Shown one piece after another: positions 13,497 to 28,400 of a stretch of DNA of 64,000 bases. The stretch is from the NCBI GenBank assembly GCA_050084985.1, contig JBITNC010000001.1, forward strand, positions 24,614,001 to 24,678,000, written 5' to 3'. Source of the DNA: Nageia nagi. Its lineage: Eukaryota > Plantae > Pinophyta. Under the pieces are notes generated by a model. It had not been told where the DNA came from. It did not search any database and saw nothing but the letters and a program-made list of their open reading frames with translations. The translations under genes and the position numbers were made by a program. Every line of letters begins with the position of its first letter. Within the stretch, counting starts at the first letter, position 1.

Positions 13497-16400
13497 CTGC
13501 CATGACAATAGACAAATGTAAATATCCAAATAAACAAAGCTTATTTCCCTTATTAATTGTCTTTACAGGTCCTGAATTCACCACTAGTCTTAATTTAACA
13601 AGAGCACTTTATGCTAATTACAAAAGCCTTAGTGTCAAGGACCATGACAACTACAGGTATAAAGCAATCATGAAATATCTTGAATTTCCATCACAACCCT
13701 GACTTCTGCTAAAAGTATTACTGGAGATAATTTACTATATCAAATCATACAAGAGAATTGACATACAAATTGTTATTTTGCTCAAATAATAGCTGACATT
13801 TGTCCATGAAATACTTTTGGAGTACATTTTGAGTTCATGAGGTACTGTAAATGATAAATGCAAAAAGTATTGAAATGCTTTTGGAGTACATTTTGAGTTC
13901 ATGAGGTACTGTAAATGATAAATGCAAAAAGTATTGAAAAAGACAAAATGAGTCACACAGGTGTTATAAGACTAGCATTTTTAATCTTAAAAGAGAAATA
14001 ATGACAAACAGCCTCACCTTCTTGGAATACAGAAGAAACTAACTACTAAGAAACACAACCTTCCACAGTTGAAGAACATACAAGTAGAGGAACTTCCAAA
14101 AACCCACAAGACCTAGAGGATTCTACTATTCAAACCTAGGGAACTTCTAAGTTTTATAGAAATAGAAATAATATTAATGTCCTCGGGTGACCAAAATAGG
14201 TCAATGGGACTCGAAAAGTACAATCTAGCTAAAAGCAGGAAATGTAGGGGTGAGAAACCCCAAAAACCGAAAAAGCAAAAGCAAGAAGCACTAAAGCTAC
14301 ACTACAGTACATTAAGAAACCAAAGGGACCAACTACCTCAATCATCAAATGTATATCCAATCACTCTAGGTACAAAGGGCCCAAGGCTGGAAGGGCTAAG
14401 CAAGGCTCGTGAGTCTCTCCCAACATCTAAGATTGAAAGAACACCCGTGGACGAGAAAAAGCCAATGATGTACATCTATTGTTCGAGCTGTAACTATCTA
14501 TTAGCGGTTCGAGGGGCAAGACGGCGTCGTGTCGACATGAGCTCATGGGTATGTAGAAGAGCACCATTTGGAGGGCGTTCTCTATCTGCGAGACTCGAAG
14601 TAGGCTGGAAGAAAGAACTGATCAACTTGGTGGTTTGGGGGGCCTTCGGGGATCTTTGTAAGGATGCTCGCCTAAAAAGGGTAATCTCACGCATGAAAAG
14701 AGTAAGATCCTAGGGAAACATCACCTTCAAGCTACTCATTTGGATCCTTTTCCATAACATACCACATTAAAGTTTATGGCCATCCCAAACCTTTCAGGCC
14801 ATAAACCTTCCATTATGTGAAAAATCTTAAGGGTTAACAAATGATAATGCATGGGGTAAACAAGAACATAAACAGGAGAAAGTACAGTTCAATCATACTC
14901 TAAGCAACCATGCTACATGCAAATACATTGTGCATGGTCTACTTTACAATTTATTTAAATGGCTCATCAATTAGAAAATGAAATGAAGAACATAAAATTT
15001 TGATATTTTATTAATTTCTTTACGTCACAACTTTGTTGCTTCTCTCATTTTGATTACCTAAAATTATTTTTTCCTTCAAGCACATAATTATACACAAAAT
15101 GCCCACTTTTCTAGTTGGCACCACTTATATATTGTACAAATGTACAATAATCCTTAGTGTCATTGAAGCATTTTAGTAAAATATAAAAATTACTACAAAC
15201 TAAACAGGTAAACTGATGCCAAATCACTTTACCTCAAACCTCTAGCTTAAGTTACTATTAGATTTGCATTCTCGTCAACACCCGCACATGTAGTAAAATA
15301 CATAAAACAATTCATAAAGTCAATGGACAAGGTCAAATATAAAACTTGACGTGACAGTGATGCCAAATCATGCATGGACTTGTCCCTCAAAACTGTAGAT
15401 GAAGTTATTTTAAATTTGCGTTTCTTGTCAACACCCACACATAGTAGAAATTATAAATAAGACCATTCACAAAACCAACACATCCAGTCCTCGTATTCAA
15501 TTAAGGGCAATGCATTTAACATGTGCTTTGTCAATTGAATTGCATAATGCTCAATCTCAATCTGGTCCAAAATGGAAGCAGCTAAAACAGCAGCAGATTG
15601 TTATTGTATGAAAAATGAAACAAATCATGAGAGCAAACACTCATGTGACACATACAAGAAAATCTCCTAGGATAACACCCAATGTGAAGAGGGCCACCAT
15701 CAAAGTCACTAATTATTACTATCTGACCCTTCACAAATTCAATGTACCTCGATTAAGGGAAATCCATTTAACATGTGCTTTATGAATTGAATTGCATAAT
15801 GCTAAATCCAATTCTAATCGAAAATGAAAGCAACTAAAGCATCTGCAGAATGTTAATGTAGGAAAAATGAAACAAATCAAGATAGAGCAAATGCACTCAT
15901 GTAACACACAGGCAGTGTTTAAAAGATCGGGTACCAAGTATATATGTGTTAGGGGTCAAATTTTAAAAATCATCTAAGTACGGGAAAATTGAAAAAAAAA
16001 ATTGTACATCAAAACATGAACAAATGTGAAAATAAAAGACAAAAACGGAGAAAAAATGTGGTACATTAAAAAACAAAAAAAACATGCAATTTTTTTTTTA
16101 TTTTTCAATTTTTCCATATAATATGTTTATCTAATTGCTATAAAACATTCTCATTCATCATAATATATATTCATATGATATAGAGTATAGACAATAATCA
16201 TAGATCATAAGTTCATAACATTGATCATCGATAATAGATATGTATGTCAAATCACAAATTTCTATTGCCCAATGCCAACTTGTCAAATGCCAACATGTCC
16301 TAAAAGTAATAGTCATACAATGTCAATCAAGGCATCAACGGCCTTTGCCTCTTTTATATCGGCCACCAAAACTATATGATCTACTACCACTAGGAGTAAA

Positions 16401-19400
16401 AGGAGAGGCTTCTTTTCCTTTGCCACAAACATCCATGATAGAGAATAGATCCTGTTGCCCTATGTGCACATGCTCCTCCTCCTAGGATTGGACCTCTTCC
16501 TCCTCCATGACTGGTAATGTGCTTGTGCCTATGCTTGCGTCAATCTCCTCCCCCAACTCAATCCATTCAGCCTGAAACTCGTCGTCTAAATTGTTGTCTT
16601 CTACGATGTCGCATGGAACTGCATCGCTATATGAGGGATCAATGGTAGACAAATCAATGGGTTCCACACTATCCATCTTCTACAATTGCTTCACATACAA
16701 TCGCAGGTTGACAACGTACATAATATCATCCAAACGTTGTTGTGACAACCTAATAACATTTAAACAAATTTGGACATATCAATTGAAAATTGAAATGTAA
16801 TTTTGGAGTGAACTTTTTCAAAGGCACTTCAAAATTGATGTTTTGTTCCTATTCGGTGGCATGTTTGAGGCGTATTTCGTGTTTTTCCCCAGGTTTGAGT
16901 GACTTTTTCAATTTTTCTATCCTTGCAAATTCATGCCACTAGGCACCTTTTTAACTGTGTTTATAAGTGATTAATCACATTTTTTTGTGAAAAATCATGA
17001 TAATAAACATGAAAAAAATGTGGGAAAAAACATTAAAGTACACATTTTTTTAGAGAACATTCGCCAGTTTTTAAAAATCATGTATATTTGCCAATTCAAA
17101 GTTTATTCGGCGTTTTTTTAAACATTGCACACAAGAAAACCTCCTAGGATAAACCCTGATGTGAAGAGAGCCACCTTCAAAGTATCTAATTCCTACTATG
17201 ACCTCCTCAAAAGAGTGTAGCCCTTCTGTTAACCCCTATTAATTTTCAACTAGAATGGTCAATCTCAAAATCTTTGGAAGCATTTGATGGATCTCATTTT
17301 GCTTAAAGATATCTCAATTTCAAAATTCAAGCACGTACATATTGTTAACAGTAGTTCGCCCTCTTCAATCCTCTAAGTTGATTCATAATTCACACTTTCG
17401 TAAACCTTTAAAACTTAGGAAATCTGACACATGACCTGAGATTTGCCAGTGTTAAGGTGGTCAAATGTACTACTCTTAATTGCCATGAATACACCCCGAA
17501 TGCACAAATTAAATAGCAAGACCATAAAATGTGTTGCCGCATGACAATCCATTTATTTTAATGAAGCAAATTTGTGAACTGAGAAAAAGGTAGCTTCTTA
17601 AAAACCTCAGCATTCCAAGAGCCCTAAGAAATAAAATTTAAACCTACAGACCATTTATGGATACCCTTTAAAGTGCATGATAAGAACGGCATAACAAGTA
17701 TTGGCCCAAGGAGAATTATCATTCCAAGTAAGTTTTTTCCATACCAGTTTTATAAGTTTGCATTACATGATAGATAGAACTCATTGTAATTAACACATTG
17801 CATCAATGCAAGAAATAATGAACATTTTCAAAAGAATTCAATTCGCACTCACATCTGCATGATTTCTTAAGACATTGTAAAATGTTGTAATGCCCTAAAA
17901 CATGCATATATGAGATTGAGTTAGTCACTTAACATTACTCCGCATATGGACACCCTTCTACCCTTTAAATGACTGCACCCTTGAAACTTCTCAAAGATAC
18001 AAAACTGCCATAAAAAAAATAACTTGAAAATTCATCTGATGTCACATTTTCACTCGCCCCTAATTATTCAACCCTGGAAATTTTTTATTTTCCAAGGATG
18101 CGCACACACAATAGGTTCGATATATCATATATGGTTTCAATTCACATATTTGCACATACCTTCATTTACATCTCAATAAAATTTAGAAGGATATAAATAT
18201 ACAAACATGCGAATTAAGGCATATGCATTTGTGCATTCACATACATTTATGATTGTATTTCAAGCTTACTTGGAAGATCATAAATGTGTGAATATGCAAA
18301 AAATGAAGACAAGTTGCAAAAATTTATTTCATGCATCAGAAAATTTCTAATCATCATACATATTGTTAAGATCTATGACATCCTAGACTGAGTATACATT
18401 CCCTTTTCAATTAAGCAACATTTTTGATACATATTGGTACCACAACAACATTAAAGCCATGAGAAGAGAGCCTCTCTGCAACAGACCAAGATAAAATGGA
18501 CACTTGTTTGGTTTTGAAATTAAGATTATATCAAGCAACCAGGGTACAATGGGCAACAACCATGCCAGAATTAATACTCTTCATTTCAGCATTATAATCC
18601 TAAAAACTAAAGGGTTTATGATTCACAGGGAAAATCAATCTTTAGACGTAGCTTATCAACAAGTTGGGGCTACATTCATCCTAGAGAGGAATGGGGTAGG
18701 ACTACTATCTAACGAACCTAGGCAACAATACAAAGGCACCAAAAATCTTGTCAAGCATCGGAAACAATTAATCAAAAGAGAAAACAACGATAAAAAAATA
18801 AAGGTTTGCTAGTATTGATTGGACCTTTTCTGAAGAAGCCATTTTTGCAAGTTATCTTCTTCTTGGTCAAAGTGATGATGATGGAAAATGACATCATTCA
18901 AGCCAGAGAATTATGGATACCTGATTGCTATTATAGCTAAAATGCCCATTAGTTAGAGCAAGGTCACTAGCCTAGCCATGCCCTAGTAGGAAGTCTAGTA
19001 GTAACTCCTCCAATGCTTGAAAGTCTGTGTAGACAATAAAGGAAGAGAATCAAAGAAGCAATGGCCCAAATCTGAAGGGGCTTCCAACCAAAACTCAACA
19101 AGCATGATAAGATGGGGGACCCTACTCTTACTCTGAATGGAGTGAGATAACCTAGATCCTTTCAATTGTGGCCCAATATGTTGCTGTCAAAGTAGGTCCC
19201 CAAACCTCAACCTCATAAAGTATAGTTGGGGTAACCAGGGTTTGGAAGATTTTCCTAGGGTTAAGGAAAAGTAAAACAGCTTTTGAAAGGGCTAGATGAT
19301 TGCTGTAACCATTCGCAAAGATTTTTCTTTAATCAAACTACATGGAGCATTATGTTCAGCCATATCAGCTCCCTAAAAAATCACAAATTTCATTCTTCTA

Positions 19401-22400
19401 TACAAATTCATGAGGCAAGCTTAACACCATGAAAAATTGATGAACAAAAAAGGCAATTCATCTTCCTTTCAAATGTGTAGCATCGATTTACCCAACTTGG
19501 GTACTGGAAAGAAATCACATGGTTTCTTTAGAGAACCTAAATGGGCATACAATTGACTTGGGATTGTAAATCCATATAAGCAATAATATAATAACTCTAC
19601 ATGCATGCATCTCAATAAACCAGAAATCGAATATTTCTACAATGTCACCAAGGATTCATAAGAAGAAAAGAGGAATGCACTTCCACAACAAATTTTGCAA
19701 GAAGAAGACTCTAAAACATCTAGCAAAGAATCCCTTAGATCTAAATTTGTGACCAACGGAATAAAAAGCAAATTGAAATAGTACAAGAAGAAAAGAAGAA
19801 TACTCATGCTCCCATTTTTCCAATCCAATCCTTGATAATCAAGCCCACAACAATACTCAAGCTCCCATTTTTCTAATCCAATCCCATTCTTCAGCATTTC
19901 CGGGGGCAAAATGATATGATCAATATGGAGTCATTTCAACATCCAATATTGGCCTTCGCTATTAACTTACATCACTTCACTCCTAACTTATGGGAATGTA
20001 TGCTTTGAGAAGCCTTGCATCTCCACCACCTACTCTACCTCAATAATCCCAACCTTCACAACCACCACCTAACTCTCCATCGCCCAATCCACCAACAAAC
20101 CCTCAAGACCAAGATGGTCAAAAGAAAAATACCACTACAACGGGAAATTGAGGAGATGAGGATGATGGAGACAAAGATAAAGAGAGAAAAAATAAATAAA
20201 TATCCTCTAAAAAAGAAGGGAAAGGGAAGAAAAAATCAAAAGATGCTTATGATACTCCTCCAACTATGCCTCCGAAAACTACAGATGTCAAATCCCCAAA
20301 TACAAAAATGGAGCAACTAGAAGAAATGGAACCTCAGGAATTAGAATAAGCCATTCCTCCTACCAGTAGGGTGGCAATATATAATAAGCTGGCATCAGAA
20401 TAAAAGATATGCACCAGTAGCGCCAAGGAGGAAGAGGGTTAGGAATCAAGGAAGGCCGCCTTATGCACCTTGGTAGGCAAAGAGATCTTAGAACAAAAGA
20501 GCCAAATACTAAAGATTGAAAATGAAGAATTAAAAAGAATGAATACGAAGCTTACAAGGATATCAAAACAAGCTATGATTGATTTCCAAAATATAACAGA
20601 ATACAAGGTTGCAGAATGCAGCTCACACATGGCCTTTGTGACAAAGCTGCTAAAGCATATTCCAGAAACGAAAGCCTCAACTATATCAACTTTTAAATAA
20701 GTATATGAACATTATTGCTGAATCTATAAAGTTCCTAAAAATACTTTTATAGCAAAAGCTAATGTTGAGGGAAGATTGCTTGTTTGGGTGAAAATAAAAG
20801 ACAAGGTAACTCAGCTACAAGCTGTGATGGTCTTAAAACCCTTAATATTTGGTGGGCAAATTCAAAAATCCCATATACAAGTAGATTTATTTTTGAGATA
20901 TGCTAAAAACTTGAAAAAATAAAAGATAAGATTCTCAATATTGGCGTTTTAATCGATTTTATCGCCAGAGGAAATGGAGCAGTCTTTTGGAGGCTTCACA
21001 CTTGAAAATGAGAATAAAAGGTTGCAGACCTTTTATTCTTTTACAAATGAAGTTAGTCTGTTTTTGGAGTCAACATTCCAAAAGGATAAAGGAAAAAGAA
21101 AATATATAACAACGTATGATAAAATAATATTACACTCATCAAGTTAAGATGTTGGTCTAGAGGAATGACTTAGAACCAAGGTTACACATGGGTCAGGTAC
21201 GGGGGTATGCAACCTGCGGACAATAGGGTACAGGGACCTGATTTTAGGGGATGGCTCAGAAACAATATATAACTAGTAAAAATTCCCAGAGATTTCAAAT
21301 TTTTCAGAAATAAAGATAGTTTCTAATTCTACATTCATATTATCAATTCATTGACTCAATGAATCATTGAATTCATTCCTAAGACATTCAATTTGAAATC
21401 AAATATGAAATTAAATATCAAATAATAAAAATTAAAATACAAAATTGTGAACTCAGAATACTGAAACTTGAAATTTGAAAGTGAAACTAAACTTGAAATT
21501 TGAAAGTGAAACTAAGTTACTAAAATAATAATATTCAAATATGAATGAGCAGTAGGCTAATAGCATAATCAATGACCCATAATTATATAATGTCATGAAG
21601 TTGAATCAATTACATGATATTAATAATTAATGTCATATCACTCGTATGTGAAGTCAAAATGATCATAATGTTATACGTGAAGTCAAAATGAAAACTAAAG
21701 TAAAACTACTGCTCTAAGCCTAATGACTCTAAGTCCAATGGCTCATCATCTGCTAAGCTATTTGAGAAGCTATCCTCCTCAACATCATCCAACTGAAAAG
21801 CATCCATTGACAGTCCAAGAAACTCCTGATCCTCATCCTCATCAATTTGGCTCGAATCCTCTTAAAATTTAAAATTATCATTTTATAAATAATTATGTAT
21901 AAATTCTTAACTAGAAATAATACAATTAAATTATTAAAATTATAATTTCGATGTTGTAAAGCAAAAGAGGATGGCTGACTGTCTCCGAGGACAGTTTGAC
22001 CATCCCCCCAACTGTCCCCTTTTTGTACTTTTTTTGGGGATGGCTCCTTGAGGCCTAGAAAGGTTTTTGGGACGGCCCATGCCGTTTCCCCAAAAAGGGG
22101 TACGATGGGGAAACGTCCCCTTTGGTGTACTTGTGTTTTGGGGATAGGGGGATGGGGAAATGCGTCTCTCAGGTGTAGGTACGCATCCTCATGTTTCCCT
22201 GCTTAGAACTAAGAGATTTTAAGATAAAGAATCATAGGATAAAAATGAGGTTGCGACCAATTCATGCTTTTAATTTCAGCAATTTCTCTCCAAAGGCTAA
22301 AGCTACATTGAATTCATACACAAAAGCATCTTCATCCAAACAAGCGAATGGAAATTGCATCTTTGACATGTAGGGAACCTTGGAGTAGGTTGCATATCCC

Positions 22401-25400
22401 TAGATTCCTAAAATATAGCTGGTTAGCTACATTTAGTTAATAAGACAGTTACAACTTGATTACATGAAAATTTAGCAGTTACAGGTCCATGACAAGAATG
22501 TAACAGTCTTCCCTCCTATATATACTCTTCACTTTGCAATGTAAAAGGAAAGGTTGGTATAAGTTGCAATAAAAAACATTCTTTCAAAGATTAATGAAAA
22601 GACTCCAGATTCTTGCCATTACTTGTTAATATGTTATTAATTAACTGTGAATTACGGACTTTCATGAAAATGTGTTGTTTTCCATCACTAACGTCAGCAA
22701 TGTTTTGTTGTTATTTTAATTATTCTTAGTTTATTGGAAAATTTAGTACCTAGGTTATAATGAATGAAAATATTAGAAAATAATGAAACTCTTTTTTAAT
22801 TCCAAACTGTATAAGAATTCAGCATAGGGTTCTAATAAGTAGTGTTTATTATTTCTTTGCTCAATAAATCTTTGGGTTTTAATTGATAAACTGTATGATA
22901 TTATGAACTGACAAACTATATAAACTTTAGTATCAGGGTTTGTAGAAGAATCAATTAATCTGCAGGTTCTACAAATTGTTTTAGAAAGAACTCCACTTTC
23001 CAGCACTTACAGGCTACAGCTTTCAAGCCAAGGGCTCACCTTGTAAACTGTAAGGAAATCTCCTTCAAAGATAAGATATTCAGTTGTGGTTTTCCTAGTT
23101 CCTTGTGACTGAAAAACCAGTAAACACCTAATTTTGGTGTCAGAATTTAAAAGTTGCTAAATAAACCCACAGAAAAGGAAGTTTAGTTGAATGCATTCCC
23201 AATCCTCAATGAAATGGAAGGCCACAGTTGACAATTGACATAGACATAAACCCTATGATATTCCACAGCACATGATATCCCACACTCAATAGAATGTAAA
23301 TAAATTTTGGGTGTCCTAATACTTGCTTTTTTAGAGTAGGTGGTGACTTTGCTTCTTCCTCTAGACCTGTAATGGTCTTCTAGCAACTCAAAGAGATAGA
23401 TGTGTACACCAGGACAAATTATGTAGAAGTTGATGGATTCCATGAGAAAGAGTTTATTGTGGATGTATGATGAGGCTGTGAGATGATCAGTCAGAATGTA
23501 TCCTGTGCTTAAATCACTTCATGATTGTCTTACATTAACCAAAGACTTAATTCTATTTGCTGCAACAAGTGTTGATAGAGTCACAATGACTAATTGTTGA
23601 AATAAACCAAACTAGTAAGCTGTTGATGAAGTTGTGTTTCTTCAGATATTATGTGCCAGGATATGATAATGGCACTTGCTGAAAAGCTGACAGTGACAGG
23701 AATGTGAAAAATAACACATGCTATTGCAGTAGAGATTAAGGATTATATCAATTAGGCATCTTCTGTTCAGTATAGAAGCTATATATGTAAAATAAAAGCA
23801 CTCAGCTTTATCAAGCACAACAGCTGGCAGAACCCATATCGTTAGATCTCCTTGTTATTTATCTTCACAGATTGTAGAGTTTGTCCTTTCTTTTTTTCAA
23901 ATATATGTTCACCTATCAAAATAAAACAATCCAGATGATGGAATATAATTATATAGTCTTGCATATCATTCCTAATATGAAGGATCACCATGGAAACTAT
24001 TCTGATTGATGCCATGTATAACATTCTGTAATGTACAACAAAGTTAAGGAAAAGGGAGATGATCCAACATGACTCACTTTCTATTACAATCAACCCTGGA
24101 CAAAATATCAAGGGTCAAAATTTGCCATGCAAGATGTCCTGCTGCAACTGTCATCATGACATAAAAAGGCCATCCTGTAGACATTAAAAACAACCAATAA
24201 AAAAATGCTCTCTTTCAAACATAAACATGCAACTTCGTCCCTCATGCTAAAGGCTAACAAAATTGAAATAATGAAAAAATTACAATCAAAAGATTTGTCC
24301 AAGCACTTACCCAGGCCAACATTGAACCCACTAAGTGTAAGGCTACTTATGCATGCAATACCAAAGCCAGTGATCCAAAATTTTGTCTGATTTCCAAATC
24401 GCAATGCAGTTGATTTGATGCCTACTTTCAAATCATCTTCTTTGTCCTTTCAAAAAGCATCAGTCAATGCAAGTCACACAAACTCTACATAGGCTACTAT
24501 GTAAAAAATGAAAAATAAATCTCTATTTTCTGAATACACGTCAGAAGAGTATGCACCACACCTGATGAGCATAGATAGTGTCATATACAAGAGTCCAGCA
24601 TATTCCAGATGCATATAAAGGCAGGACAGCATTTAGTTCTAAGCTACCCTGTATTGCTGCCCATCCTAGTAGAGCACCCCAATTGAATGTCAAACCAAGA
24701 TATGCCTGAGGCTGCAAACAAAGACAAGAAAATACCCACTTAGTCTTCTGGTGATAATTATGTCTCTTTTATGTATACAAAAAGGAATCTTCAATATTTA
24801 CGGTGCCTTTGTCTCTACCTTTCAAACATGGAAGCTCAACAAAAAAGAATAGTATTAATTTCAGGTGACAAAAAGCAGTTACTGCAGCATATAGTTTTAC
24901 AACTAGGCAAAATGTCTAAAGCATAACTGAAATGTATACATCTGCCATTAGCGTAAATTAAGGCAAGAGGATTCTACCACGCTAAATGATTTTCAATGCT
25001 TGAATACCACAACATTCTAAATTGATGGTGCTCTCTTTGTTGGCAATCCGATCCCATATGGAAAAGAGAGAAATATAGTGATCAGATTAACTCTTACCCA
25101 AAATGTGAATCTTTTCATGAGAGGATAAGAGCCAACTAGTAATAATGATGACGCCCCCAAGATACGACTGTCAATGCAAGGAAATGGCAAAGAAACGTAA
25201 TCAGAGTCAAGTTCAGAAAAAAGCCAAGGCTTCCTGACACTTTTTGATGCTTTGTTTAATCTTGAGTGAAATATTTAAAAAAAAAATAACTATTTCCAAG
25301 GTTTAGTCAAGGTGTTCAAGACAACTTTAAAAGATGAAGAATTTTGAAAAATTACATCATCAAAATTCATAATGATTCACCAAAAATCCTGATATACCAA

Positions 25401-28400
25401 ATATGTTATTAAGTATACATATATCACTACCAACTATAAGGGTAAAATAATAAATAACAGTGAAGAACCAGACCTTCATCCTTGACAATAAAAAAAGAAC
25501 CAATAAACATGTTTTATGCTATTGTCAAAAAAGACAAAACAAAAAATTTAATCTTTATTCACTTACAACGGTTTTCTGTTATACATTGAAGGAACGCAAT
25601 AATGACTAATCTTAAATTTCCTACAGGATCATGAGAGAGACTAAAATATCTTCATTCTTCAAAGGGACATGCGTCACAGACCAGCTTTTTTGCAATCTTT
25701 AAGGTGCCACAACAAACCATTTACTGATGGCATAGGAATTATTTACTGTTTTAAAAAATGACGGTAAGAGTTGGCTTCTTTGGAGGGGTTTATAGCCACT
25801 CTGAATTTTTCCATGTGTTTTGTTGCTAACTCTGCTCACCTTTGAACTTCAACTTCTTTTATTTCACAAAAAAGAAAAGAAAAGAAAATTTGATACAACA
25901 TAATCTAGAACTCCAAAAAACACAGATTGTTTCCAGGGTTGCAGACAGAAAATACCAGCAGGGTTTTAAAGACCAGCCAGCTATTTCAGATTCAGGAACT
26001 ATCAAAAACAGCCAAGACTAAAAATAGCCAGTTCCGGGGCTAGAAACTTTCAATAAAAACCCTAATATGAAAGCCCTGGGAACTAAGATTCCTACAAATC
26101 GAACTGTGACAACAGGGTAGAAGAAAAGAAACAACAACTGATCTCTCACCTACAGAAACCTTCCCAACTACAGTAGCAGCATGAAGACTAACTATCCCAG
26201 CAGCTGACAGAACCTGATCTTCTTCTTGAGTCATAGCAGGTGTGTGCAGAGCCAATGCAAGACATTTGGCAATCTTCTACATCAACTTGTTGAAGTCGGT
26301 ATTCTCATCACTCCTGAGATCAGCACCTGAAGGGTAGCGTAATCATCAGGGATAACACAGTTGATCCATTCCCAACACTGATTTTCTTCATCCCTCAATG
26401 GAAGAACAAAATTTATTCACAATTTCTGGTGACCAGTTTCACAAGGTTGGTATCATAGCAAAGAAATTTCCAATTTACCCAGCCTCAATCTGAAGCACAT
26501 CCAAATGTCAAGAGCTAGAAACTTTGGTTGTCAAACAAATCGCATATTAAGTAATAAAAACATGAAAGGGCAGGCATAAGATCATCCATTCACAGTTGTA
26601 GTTTTCTGACCCCATACAGGACTGCCCATATTTCCAGCCAAACCAAGCACAAAAGAAGAGGGACTCTCACCCTGGAACGGACGAGCAGCTGATGCAGCTC
26701 AAAACTCATTCTTCAGCCCTTGCAGAAAGGCATCACTCTAGATGTCTCTCAATATGTAAACCCAATCTGAGAACCATAAACATAGAACTTTACTAAACAA
26801 ATATTAAAAATTTAAATCAATCTATAATCTAACTGCTACCCCACAAATGGTCTCGTTGCCAACAGGATTGCTTTAGATTACGTAAAATGTTGAAACTAAG
26901 ATGCAAATCAGATTTTTTAAAAGATGTTGTGCATTGTCTCAAATGCACTTCAAAATTAATTTTTAATTGCCTATCTGGATGCAATGTTGCATTGGAATTG
27001 CTTAACTTTATTGAGTAATTTTTACATCATAAAGTCAAGATTTTCATAAACCCGGAAACAAAACTCCTACATAAAAATAATGTTTCACATATTTTTTATC
27101 ATATTTTTGATGTCCACATCTCTATGCCATTACTTGAACTGTAGGAAGTCTCTCAAACATTCCTGAAACAAGTCCCCGTGTCCCCAAAAAAAAGGGCAAC
27201 ACTTCAATGTATACCCAAGTTTTCTAAAAAAATGAGACCTCAGTCATTCTAAGTTCTAAGAAAAGATCATTCTATTTCATTACCTATTTAAGCCAATAGT
27301 AACTGTTTTTTCCAATTCTTTATTCTACTCCAATGGCTTCAAAAAATAATCACCAAAACATGGTCCGCCCTTTAGCACCACAGAAGTTCATCAACAATGT
27401 TTCTTATGACCCAGAATTATAAAAAGTAGGATCCAAGAACCAACTGGAACTCAAACCTAGAACCCTCCTGATCACTAAGATACTACCATCTTGTTTGAGA
27501 ATGTTTTCCTTGGTAATGTTATTTCAGTATCCGTTGATACATTTCATATATGTTGGCATCTTGTATGCGATCAACGCTTTATGGATGATCATTTCCGTGC
27601 AGCATGGACAGTTGTTGCTTTGTCACCTGTCAAGGTTGAATGGAGCAGTTCTTGTAACACTAAACCAGCTCACATTGGCAACTTAATTGAGTGAAGTAGG
27701 TTCCTAAATGAAGGAATCAACAACACTTAGGGTGATAACCATTGTGCAATTCATATTGCCCAGCCTTATCTTTCATGCTAGAATCAAACTGATGATGAGT
27801 TCATTAGCGTCATATCTAGAAACTAATATAGGATCACATGATTGATTTTGAGCATTTATGTACCAACAATCATGAATATTTTCACCAAACCACCAACAGA
27901 GGTGAAGTTCAAGAAATTTGAATCACTGTTGAAGCTCCAAGATATTAAAAAGAATTAGGACTCTGCTTGTATTGCTTTGCAAACTTAAAGGAGAATGTTG
28001 GCAATGTGTATTTTGTGACATGCCACCAAGTCAAGTTTAATGGGGAATATTAGAATAGAATGTACTTTGCAAAACTAACTTTGACAAGAAAATACACATT
28101 ACATCAAAATAACACTGAATATAGATAAATAGTATCTTTCACTACAATGCTGATGGTGTACATCATAAGAATGCCCAAGATTTGCTATCTACATATTGAG
28201 AGGCAATTCCATTCAAGGTCATCAACCAACAAACATAATAATTATAAGTACTTCCAACACATAAGGGTATGTCAATTGGAAATGACAAATTTCACTAGAA
28301 TATCAATTATTATAAATCCCATCATCCATCTCATAAACAAAGTCTTATCCAAGATATGTACAACGATCATATAATGATTGTTCTTGTTTGCACCCTTTGA

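Noticed and set aside
14177-14713. 178-aa plus-strand ORF as a gene
   Set aside because: It is the antisense of a LINE 3' end and has no recognisable protein features.
22365-22750. Short LTR-like stretch with TATA and AATAAA motifs
   Set aside because: No convincing termini or TSD could be identified.
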